Source: Somniosus microcephalus (lineage: Eukaryota). Taken from it: a stretch of 64,000 bases of DNA. Positions 40,745-50,315 of the stretch are shown here, in pieces (position 1 is the first letter of the stretch; each line of letters begins with the position of its first letter). Location: assembly GCA_052327205.1 (NCBI GenBank), contig CM126215.1:77438001-77502000 (forward strand). The letters run 5' to 3'. The notes beneath the pieces were generated by a model, which had not been told where the DNA came from, did not search any database, and saw nothing but the letters and a program-made list of their open reading frames with translations. The position numbers and the translations under genes are program-made.

Positions 40745-41475
40745 ACATTAGAGAAAGACAAATTGGAATATTTTCTTAATGATGAGAGACTTGGAACTGT
40801 GGAGAAGCATGTGTCCACAAATCACTAAAGACTAGTGCACAGGTACAAAAATTAATCAAAAACGCTAATGGAATGTTGGCCTTTATCTCAAAGAGGTTGG
40901 AAAATAAAAGTGAGGAAGTGAGGCTTCAGTTTTACAGAGCCTTGGTCAGGCCCTATCTGGAGTATTGCATTTAGTTTTGAGCACCAAACGCCAGGAAATA
41001 TATATTGGCATTGGAGGGGGTGCAGAACAGATTCACCAGAATGATACCAGTGCTTAAAGGATTAAATTACGAGGACAGGTTGCAAAAAGTTGGTTTGTGT
41101 TCCCTTGAGTTTAGAAGGTTGAGGGGTGATCTAATCGAGGTGTTTAAAATGATAAAGGGATTTAATAGGATGGAGAAATGATTTCCTCTGGTGGGGACAT
41201 AATCTTAAAATTAGAGCTAGACCATTTAGGAGTGAAATCTGGAGGCACTTTTTCACACAAAGGGTTGTGGAAATCTGGAACTCTCTCCCCTAAAAGGCTG
41301 TGGCTGCTGGGTTAACTGATTTTTTAAAGACTGAGATCAATAGACTTTTGTTAGGTAAATGTATCAAGGATATGGAACAAAGGCAGGTAAATGGAGTTGA
41401 GGTGCAGATTAGCAATGATAGAATTAAATGGTAGAATAGGCTCGAATGGCTTACTCCAATTTCCATTTTCCTATA
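40745..41475 (+). mobile_element. old CR1 3' fragment
   Basis: Decayed LVRP.LEYC and RLRGDLIEVFK motifs plus 3' UTR. Confidence 0.8.
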
Positions 41476-42305
41476 TTCCCCCTAGTTCTCCCCGCCTATC
41501 TAGCTCAAATAACCTGTCCACTTAAAAAGAATGTAATCCCTTCATTATTTTAAACATCATAATCGTATCTTCCCCATACAAATCTCCTGTTCCCTAAGCC
41601 TATCCTGATACTTAAGGTCCCATAAACTTGGACCTTTTCCAGAGGTTCAATATCTCCCCTCCCCCACCAGGTGAGTGGACCAAAAATGAACACAGTATCT
41701 AGATGTGGCTGAACCAAAGCCTTGTACCAGGTAAGGATTGTATTTACAGTTTTATATTTAATTGTCCTAGCTATATATCCAACAGTCTATTCGCTTTTGC
41801 AACAACATGGATTACATAGGATATACGGCACCGAAACAGGCCATTCGGCCCAACCAGTACATGCTGGCGTTTATGCTCCACTCGAGCCTCCTCCCGTCTT
41901 TCCTCACCTAACTCTATCAGCGTAACCCTCTATTCCCGTTTCCCTCATATGCTTGTCTAGTCTCCCCTTAAATGCATCTATAATATTCACTTCAACCACT
42001 CCCTGTGGTAGCAAGTTCCACATTCTCACCACTCTTTGGGTAAAGAAGTTTCTTCTGAATTCCCTATTGGATTTCTTGGTGACTATCTTATATTGATGGC
42101 CTCTAGTTATGCTCTTCCCCACGAGTGGAAAGATTCTCTCTGTATCCACTCTATCAAAATCTTTTATAATTTTAAAGACCTCTATTAGGTCACCCCTCAG
42201 TCTTCTTTTTTCAAGAGAAAAGAGACCCAGACTGTTCATCCTTTCCTGATATTTATACCCTCACATTTCTGGTATCATCCTTGTAAATCTCCTCTACACC
42301 CTCTC

Positions 42306-42560
42306 TGTAAAGTCTGTGGGTTGTACAGTTAATAACGACACAGACTTCAGGAATAACAAACAAACAGGTCTTTACTATTCGAAGGTCAGGGCGAATCTGC
42401 CCAAGGAATCATGCCACAACACTTATATACCGGTGTGGTCACCGTCGGTATTACAGTATACAGAAGCCAAACAAGTAGTGCCACACCTAAAGTAGTTCTC
42501 TTAAAGGTGAACGGTTACATACAATAGTTCTCTTAAAGGTAGACGGGTACATACACTACA
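42306..42560 (-). repeat. 3' LTR of element 2
   Basis: Direct repeat of 47323-47577; contains an internal ~32-bp tandem duplication. Confidence 0.97.
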
Positions 42561-42943
42561 ATCCTCCCTTTTTAGCTTATTACATACAGAGTCCCCATTA
42601 AACATAACATATCTTCAACTTCATATAAAACAATTTACAGACATAGTCTCAGTGGGAAACAGTTCACAGGTTCAGTCTCTGCAGGAACAGTTCACAGATT
42701 CAGTCTCTGATCTTGACTCGGTCCGAACAACATCTCTTTGGTGTAGGTGGTTCACATTGCTAGCGTGACTCCTCCATATCCTTTTCTTGACGTAACAGCT
42801 TGAACTTTCGTCCTGCTGAACCAGCAGTGCTGACTTTTACAACAACTGGGTTGCCTTGATATTTTCCTACTTCCCAACTGATTTAACTCCTTTCGTAGGG
42901 TCCACGCATGATCTGGTAGAAGTGATAATATTTGCGATAGTTA

Positions 42944-45900
42944 TCATCCTCTGCTTCTTCTTTTTCTTTTCTGCTTTTTGGAGACTCTCGGGGCTCCCTT
43001 ATCAGCTGCCAGCTGTAGCGCCACCAACTCTCTATGTTCCTTCGACTTTAAGTGCTTCATCCTGATTTCGGCACTTTGGGAGTTTTCATCACAAACTGGG
43101 CAGACCACATCCTCGTAATGTTCAGTGTCACTCAACAGGTCATGGTAATATTCGGGTTCGTCCTGAGTTAGGCCAGCGAGAGGGCCTTCTACTTCCTCCT
43201 TACCCATCTGAACGTTAGCTGACTGTGGTTCCTTCCCTAGACATCTTTCTTGAAAAGACTTCTTCATGCATTCATCTTCATTCCGCTCTTCCTGGGTTTC
43301 CTGCAAATCCTTCACTAATGACCTCATTTGTGATTTCAATACTTCCCCTTCCCTCGGGGATTGATTGATCGGGCTATTCAATCCTTCTACTGGAGCAGCT
43401 GTTTCAACATTCTGTTGTTCACATAGACGCGATTCAGCGTACTTTTGGCATCCCAGTAAAGTCTGTTTTGCAACCTCAGCTATTTCCCAAACTTTTGAGA
43501 GCTCTGAACTCCTTCCCGTTGAAGATTGAAGCTCGTGTTCAGATTGTTCCCATTGCAGAGTCTTTTCCCTCAGCATATGAAGGAGTTGGCTGACTGTTAA
43601 CTCTTCCACGGGAACACTGTGGATCAGAGTCTTCTCCATTTCATCCACCTTTTCCTCCAATGCTTCCACCCTCTGTTCCTCTTGTACTTTGGCTTTCAGC
43701 GCTCGGAAAAGTTGCGCCCTGATACTCTCTAGCTCATGTTCAGGGACCATTCTTACAGTCTCTGTGTTTCTTACAGTTTCCTTTTCTTCCACTGAAAGGA
43801 TTCCCAGTTGAATCTGTTCTTCAAGTTGTTGAACCTCGGACATTGCCGCCTCATATTTGTCTTGGGTTTCCTTCAATATTTTTATGAGTTCTTGGACATC
43901 TTGTCTTTCATGTTCTGCCATGTCTTTCACCTCTAATTTCTCATCTATGGATGGAACTTCTACCGATGAGTCTGTCTTGGCCTTGAGCTCATCAAGAATT
44001 TCCTGCAGCCTTTGGACTTCTTGCTCATGTTCAACCTTTAGTTGTTCATATGCTTCTACTGAAACTAGCTTTTCGGAGGTTGCCGAGTTAACCCCCTCCA
44101 GAATTGTAGCCTGGGCCTGTTCATACTGTTCTTTCAACTTCTCACACTCTGCTTGTAAGGAGTCGTAGAGAAGAACTGGAATAACATCCTGGCTTCCTGA
44201 AGATTCCTCTTCATTTGCTTCTTTCACAATTTCCTGTTGGAGTTCAGCCAAGGCTGCTATGCTATCTGCCTCTCGAAGTCTCACTGCCATCAAATCTTCT
44301 TTATTCTTGCAGTCTATCTCAGCCATTTTCCGATTACTTTCATTTAACTGAGTGAGTAGTCCCTTATTCTGGGCTGAGAGATATTGCACCTTCTCATGTA
44401 GACCATAGCACTCCTTCTCTGCTCGACATAGCTGGTTACTGCTGATTTGGTTCTGTGTTTCAAGTTCCAACATCCTTTGCTTAGCTTCTTTCAGTTTCGC
44501 CCCTATAAGCTCCTCTTGCAACATGACCACATTATTCACATCAGGTAAAGAAGCGTTTCTCTTTTCCATGTCCAAGATTTTTTCCTGCATATCTTTAAGT
44601 GCACACTGCGATTCAGCTTCTCTTAACCTTGCTTGCACTAGCTCCGTCTCCAATTGCAGAACAAAATCCTCAGTGTAGCGTGGTTTGCCTTTATGCTGTA
44701 TCTCTAGATCATGCAAATATTCTAACTCCTGAACATCATAAGGGAGATGTGATCGGTAATTGGTCACGATGGCTCTATGGTCGCTCTTTGCTTGAGCTAG
44801 CTGCCTCTGCTGTCTTTCCAGGTTCTCCCATTCGGTGTCCCAGAACTTTTCCATTGTTTTCATCTCTTGTACGAGACGGTAACCCAACTGTTCTAATTGT
44901 TGTCGTACTTTGAAATAAGTTTGAGTCCGAGTTCGGTGTTCTTCCGTCGTGGATAAGTCCTTAATTTGAACAGGCTCAGAATTCTCTGTCAAACTGGAGT
45001 TCTGCTCTGAAGCTTTATTCTTCTCGGTGGCATAAGCCTTTATGCATGTCTTCGTTTTCTCCACCATAGTCGGCAAGTTCATTTTAGCCTTGTCTTCCAT
45101 ATTTGAGTTGGTCTTATCGTCATCCGTTTCAGAATCTGAGCTGATAGCTTGCACCGAGTCCTCACTCATTATGGCTTTTAGATAGTGCCATTCCATGTCT
45201 ATTTTCTTGATCCACTCTCGTCCTAGAAGTGGTGGTCCTCCCTCAGATAATACGTACAAGTTCATTCTTGGGTGTTCTTTACCCCTATCTCTCACCTTGA
45301 CTCTTATCTTCCCCATGGGGTATACCTTATGCCCTGTGTATGTCTGCAATACGAACTTGGTATTTCTTAAGGGTATGTGAGAGAATAGCCGGTGGTAGTC
45401 TCTTCGATTTATGACTGATAGAGCTGATCCAGTGTCCAACTCCATTCTTACTTGGACTCCAGCTATTTTTAGTATGACCCAGATAGTTTGTAGGTCAGCT
45501 TCCTTACTCACATTGTGAATTCTCAGACTACCCAGCTCCTGGCTGTTTGGGTCTGAGTCTGAATTCTGTTCGTCTGAACTCTTCTCAGCCACCTTGTGTA
45601 CCTTGTTGTACTTTTCTTGTGGTGGCTTCCTTTGGCTGTTGGTCTTCTTCCCTGACTGGCACACCTTAGCGATGTGACCCAGTTTGCCACATTTCCTACA
45701 TTCTTGGTTCTTAAACCAGCATTGATTCTGGTCGTGTGTTGTCTTCCCACAACGATAGCATTTTGTTGTACTTGAGGTAATTTGGTCCACCCCAAGTGCC
45801 GCCGCCTTTAGCTGCATTTCCGCCGTTCCTTTCGCTGCGGCTTCGTGCGATGCGGCTATAAGGACAGCCCTGTCAAGTATGAGGTCGTTCTCTTCGAGTA

Positions 45901-46270
45901 GTCGCTTTTGTGTCCCTTCCTTGGACAATCCGCATACGAACTTGTCTCGCAGTGCCTCTGTCAGATTCCCTCCGAACTGGCAGCATTTCGCTAGCCTACG
46001 CAGTTCGACCAAATATTCCGCGTTGCTTTCGTCTTTCCGTTGCGTTCTTGCATAGAATTTGAATCGTTCAGCCAACATCAATGGTGTGGGGTTCAAGTGG
46101 TCCTTCAGAACAGCCACAATCCCTTCAAAAGTCTGATCCGCCGGTTTAGCTGGTGCTAGTAGATGCTTCAAGAGCCCGTATGTCTTTGCGCCCATCGAGT
46201 TTAGCAATGTTATCGCTTTGTCGTCTTCCTCTATTTTGTTGGCTTCACAATAGATCTCGATGCGTTCCAC
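42944..46270 (-). CDS. chimeric polyprotein: Gag + aspartic protease + EVI5-like + ANKRD24/RAI14-like + optineurin-like + DNAJC21-like segments
   Basis: 1108 open codons; two CCHC knuckles (aa 171-204), LDTGSA (aa 278-283), then host-like coiled coils and a C2H2 finger. Likely true ATG at 46330 is followed by TGA at codon 4. Confidence 0.85.
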   Translation of the reverse strand: MERIEIYCEANKIEEDDKAITLLNSMGAKTYGLLKHLLAPAKPADQTFEGIVAVLKDHLNPTPLMLAERFKFYARTQRKDESNAEYLVELRRLAKCCQFGGNLTEALRDKFVCGLSKEGTQKRLLEENDLILDRAVLIAASHEAAAKGTAEMQLKAAALGVDQITSSTTKCYRCGKTTHDQNQCWFKNQECRKCGKLGHIAKVCQSGKKTNSQRKPPQEKYNKVHKVAEKSSDEQNSDSDPNSQELGSLRIHNVSKEADLQTIWVILKIAGVQVRMELDTGSALSVINRRDYHRLFSHIPLRNTKFVLQTYTGHKVYPMGKIRVKVRDRGKEHPRMNLYVLSEGGPPLLGREWIKKIDMEWHYLKAIMSEDSVQAISSDSETDDDKTNSNMEDKAKMNLPTMVEKTKTCIKAYATEKNKASEQNSSLTENSEPVQIKDLSTTEEHRTRTQTYFKVRQQLEQLGYRLVQEMKTMEKFWDTEWENLERQQRQLAQAKSDHRAIVTNYRSHLPYDVQELEYLHDLEIQHKGKPRYTEDFVLQLETELVQARLREAESQCALKDMQEKILDMEKRNASLPDVNNVVMLQEELIGAKLKEAKQRMLELETQNQISSNQLCRAEKECYGLHEKVQYLSAQNKGLLTQLNESNRKMAEIDCKNKEDLMAVRLREADSIAALAELQQEIVKEANEEESSGSQDVIPVLLYDSLQAECEKLKEQYEQAQATILEGVNSATSEKLVSVEAYEQLKVEHEQEVQRLQEILDELKAKTDSSVEVPSIDEKLEVKDMAEHERQDVQELIKILKETQDKYEAAMSEVQQLEEQIQLGILSVEEKETVRNTETVRMVPEHELESIRAQLFRALKAKVQEEQRVEALEEKVDEMEKTLIHSVPVEELTVSQLLHMLREKTLQWEQSEHELQSSTGRSSELSKVWEIAEVAKQTLLGCQKYAESRLCEQQNVETAAPVEGLNSPINQSPREGEVLKSQMRSLVKDLQETQEERNEDECMKKSFQERCLGKEPQSANVQMGKEEVEGPLAGLTQDEPEYYHDLLSDTEHYEDVVCPVCDENSQSAEIRMKHLKSKEHRELVALQLAADKGAPRVSKKQKRKRRSRG

Positions 46271-46584
46271 GTACGTGGCCCAGTCTTCTATCTCAGAATT
46301 AAAATCGTTAATATTCCCTCACTTAGGCATCTTCCTTTCCTTGGGAGCAGCACAAGTATTTCTTTAAATTCTTATTTATTATTTATTTATTTCTAAGATG
46401 GCGGTTTTTCCCGCGAAAATGGCGGTTTCCCGCTCTTTCCTTCTCTCCCCGCCCCTTCAATGGCGGTCTCCCGCGTCTGTCGTCTTCTCCGCCTAATGGT
46501 GGCTTCCCGCGTTTCTTCCCTGGTGGGAGGGATACGCTTTCCCCACAGCGGACAGGTTCAGCCGCTGGGCTGGCTTCCGCACAG

Positions 46585-46810
46585 CTCCCCTTACTCGGCT
46601 CTGTCTTTCTCTCCCGCTCGCACGGCTCTACCGGCGCTGGGTACCCTGTTCACGGAGAACAGTTCAGCCGCTGGACTGGCTCTCGCGCAGCCTCTCTCCC
46701 CTTGCTCGGCTCTGTCTCTCTCTCCCCCACGTTCGGCTCTACCGGCGCTGGGTACCCCGTTGGTGGAGAACAGTTCAGCCGCTGGACTGGCTCTCGCGCA
46801 GCCTCCTTTA
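46585..46810. repeat. GC-rich tandem duplication, period 111 bp, in the leader of element 2
   Basis: GGAGAACAGTTCAGCCGCTGGACTGGCTCTCGCGCAGCCTC at 46654 and 46765. Confidence 0.9.
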
Positions 46811-47322
46811 GTCGGCTCTGCCTCTCCCACACGCCCGGCTCCCGTTCGCCTCCCAGCCCTCACGCAGTCCGGTGCTTCCCTCCCCGGCTGCGGCTGAGTT
46901 TCTCTCTTCCCGCGCCTGCTCCCGGTCTCAGCGCTTCGTGGCTTCGGTCGCTGCCCGGCTTTTCCCGCCGATCGCGGTCCGGCTATCTCACGACGCCGTC
47001 GGACCCGCCTTCCTGACCAGCTCTGCTCCCCCTCGACCGTGGTCGAGTGAAAACCCCTATCCTCCGGATTTCGTTACACCTTCCCCTACTCACAGTCTCC
47101 GCGGCCGCCTTGTTTCCTGCTGATCGGCTCACTCCGCACCGTGGTAGAAGGGTAGTCAGTGCCTGTTGCTGCTGGAAGCTTTTGTTGCTAAAGTCTTCCT
47201 CCTTTCTATTGCTGCAGCCTCGTGTTTTCTTCCAGCAGAACGACGAGGGCGGTTGCCTCTCTTCGACGCTCTTTAGTTGCTTTGGTAGTCTTGCCGCAGG
47301 GTACGATCGGACTTGTCGCCAC

Positions 47323-47577
47323 TGTAAAGTCTGTGGGTTGTACAGTTAATAACGACACAGACTTCAGGAATAACAAACAAACAGGTCTTTACTATTCGAA
47401 GGTCAGGGCGAATTTGCCCAAGGAATCATGCCACAACACTTATATACCGGTGTGGTCACCGTCGGTATTACAGTATACAGAAGCCAAACAAGTAGTGCCA
47501 CACCTAAAGTAGTTCTCTTAAAGGTGAACGGTTACATACAATAGTTCTCTTAAAGGTAGACGGGTACATACACTACA
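47323..47577 (-). repeat. 5' LTR of element 2
   Basis: Direct repeat of 42306-42560, adjacent to the PBS. Confidence 0.97.
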
Positions 47578-48194
47578 CTCTCCAGTCCCTCTATATCCTT
47601 TTTATAATATGGTGTCCAGAACTGCACGCAGTACTCTAAGTGTGGTCTAACCAAGGTTCGATACAGGTTTAGCATAACTTCCCTACTTTTCAATTCTATA
47701 CCTCTAGAAATAAACCCTAGTGCTTGGTTTGCTTTATTTATGGCCTTGCTAACTTGTGTTGCAACTTTTAATGATTTGTGTATTTGTACTCCTAGATCCC
47801 TTTGTTCCTCTACCCCATCCAGACTCGCACCCTCCAAGTGATAAGTGACCTCCCTATTCTTCCTACCAAAATGTAATACCTCACATTTATTTGTGTTGAA
47901 CTTCATTTGCCAATTATTTGCCCATTCCGCAAGTTTATTAATGTCCTCCTGTAATTTCTTGCAGTCCTCCTCAGTATTGATTATCCCCCCCAATTTGGTG
48001 TCATCTGAAAATTTAGAAATTGTGTTTTTGATTCCAAAGACTAAATCGTTAATGTAAATTGTGAACAGCAGTGGTCCCAGCACTGATCCTGGTGGAACAC
48101 CACTACCCACCTTCTGCCACTGTGAATAGCTACCCTTTACTCCTACTCTCTGCTTTCTGTCCTGAAGCCAGCCAGCAATCCATTCTGCTAGTAC

Positions 48195-50315
48195 GATAGC
48201 AAAATACTGCAGATGCTGGAAATCCGAAATAACAACAGGAAATGCTGGAAAAATTCAGCAGGTCAGGCAACATCCATGGAGAGAAAATAGAGTCAACGTT
48301 TCAGGTCAAACCCTTTGTCAAGACTGGAAAAGCACAGGAAATAAAATAGATTAAAAGCCCGGGCTGGGAGAGAACAAAAGAGAAGTGCAGAGACATTAAG
48401 AGGTATTCAAAACGAGACGAGATGGTGATAGGACTAGTGGAGACAAAAGATGGCTCTAGATTAGGTGTGAAATGTGCTGGCCGAATGGGAGACAGCTGCC
48501 ATGTGGGAGAGAAAAAAAGGTGGGGGGGGGGAAAGGGCCAAAACAAAGGTGTGGATAAAAAATAAGTAAAAATATAATGGGGGCCGAGGTTATGATCTGA
48601 AATTGTTGAACTCGATATTGAGTCCGGAAGGCTATAAAGTGCCTAATCGGAAGATAAGGTGCTGTTCCTCGAGCTTACGCTGAGCTTCTGTGGAACAATG
48701 CAAGAGCCCGAGTACAGTGAGGTCTGAGTGGGAATGGAGCGGTGAATTGAAATGACAGGCGACCGGAAGCTCGGGGTCATCCTTACGACTGAACGGAGGT
48801 ATTCCGCAAAGCGGTCACCCAATCTGCGTTTGGTCTCCCCAATGTAGAGGAGACCACATTGTGAGCAGCGAATACAGTATACTAGATTGCAAGAAGTACA
48901 AGTAAATCGCTGTTTCACCTGGAAGGGGTGTTTGGGGCCCTGGACAGTGGGAAGGGGGGAGGTATAAGGGCAGGTGTTGCATCTCCTGCGCTTGCACGGG
49001 AAGGTGCCGGGCGAAGGGGAAGGGGTGCTGGGGGTGATAGAGGAGTGGACTAGGGTGTCTCAGAGGGAGCGGTCCCTACGGAATGCTGAAAGGGGAGGGG
49101 AGGGGAAGATGCATTTGGTGGTGGGATCACTTTGGAGGTGGCGGAAATGGCGGAGGATGACCCGTTGAATGTGGAGGCTGGTGGGGTGAAAGGTGAGGAC
49201 AAGGGGAACCCTATCGTGGTTCCAGGAGGGAGGGGCAGGTGTGAGGGCAGAAGTGCGGGAGATAGAACGGACACGATCGAGGGCCGTGTCAACCACGGTA
49301 GAGGGGAATCCTCGGTTGAGGAAAAAGGAAGACATGTCGGAAGCACTGGTGTGGAAGGTGCCATCGTCAGAGCAGATGCGGCGGAGATGGAGACACTGGG
49401 AGAATGGAATAGAGTCCTTACAGGAGGCGGGGTGGGAGGAAGTGTAGTCCAGGTAGCTGTGGGAGTCAGTGGGCTTGTAGTGAATGTTGGTTAATAACCT
49501 ATCCCCAGAGATGGAGACGGAGAAGTTGAGGAAGGGAAGGGAAAAATCAGAGATGGACCATGTGAAGGTGAGGGAAGGGTGGAAATTGGAGGCAAAGTGA
49601 ATGAAATTGTCTAGTTCAGGGCGAGAGCAGGAAACGGCACCGATACAGTCATCAATGTACCGGAAAAAGAGGTGAGGGAGGGGACCCGAGTAGGACTGGA
49701 ACAAAGAGTGTTCCACATATCCCACGAAAAGGCAGGCATAGCTAGGACCCATGCGGGTACCCATGGCAACACCTTTGATTTGGAGGAAACGAGTGGAGTC
49801 AAAGGAGAAGTTGTTCAATGTGAGAACAAGTTCAGCCAGGCGGAAGAGGGTAGTGGTGGGTGGGGACTGGTCGGGCCTCTGTTCAAGGAAGAAGCGGAGC
49901 GCCTTCAGGCCACCCTGGTGGGGGATGGAGGTGTAGAGGGATTGTACGTCCATGGTGAAAAGGAGGCGGTTGGGGCTAGGAAACTGGAAACTGTTAAAGT
50001 GGTGGAGGGCGTCTGAAGAGTCGCGGATGTAGGTGGGAAGAGACTAGACAAGGGGAGAAAAGATAGAGTCGAGATAGGAAGAGATAAGGTCGGTGGGGCA
50101 AGAACAGGCTGAAACGATGGGTCTACCAGGGCAGTCCGGTTTGTAGATCTTGGGAAGGAGGTAGAAGCGGGCTGTGCGGGGTTGGGGAACTATGAGGTTG
50201 GTGGCCACGGGGGGAAGATCTCCAGAGGAGATGAGGTCAGTGACAGTCTTGGAAATGGTGGGTTGATGTTTGGTAGTGGGGTCATGGTCCAGGTGGAGGT
50301 AGGAGGAGGTGTCTT
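48195..50315 (-). mobile_element. 5'-truncated Penelope-like element (RT + GIY-YIG endonuclease), disrupted
   Basis: LLPKIYK..PGRPIVS, DVQSLYT, GVAMG, RYIDD (49060-49953); VYCIRC..CGLLYIGETKR (48643-48918). Confidence 0.93.

Larger units (their letters stand above)
42306..47577 (-). mobile_element. non-autonomous Gypsy (Mag-like) LTR retrotransposon carrying captured host-gene fragments
   Basis: 255-bp LTRs with one mismatch seen, TSD CTCTC (42301-42305, 47578-47582), PBS TGGCGACAAG, PPT AAAAAGGGAGGAT; no RT/RH/IN motifs. Confidence 0.96.
41800..48190 (-). mobile_element. CR1 3' fragment split by LTR element 2 (parts 41800-42305 and 47578-48190)
   Basis: ORF2 pieces 47550-48110 and 41904-42239 rejoin across the TSD. 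Confidence 0.9.

Noticed and set aside
42944-44701. A genuine host gene (EVI5, ANKRD24, OPTN or DNAJC21) at this locus
   Set aside because: Segments are partial, intronless, fused to gag-PR and enclosed by LTRs with a TSD
44800-44930. CEP135-, SMARCC- or SH3BP5-like origin for aa ~445-505 of the chimeric ORF
   Set aside because: Only short, weak resemblances in coiled-coil sequence; cannot discriminate without a search
46460-47349. Plus-strand ORFs in the leader of element 2
   Set aside because: By-products of GC-rich tandem repeats with few stop codons; no recognisable domain
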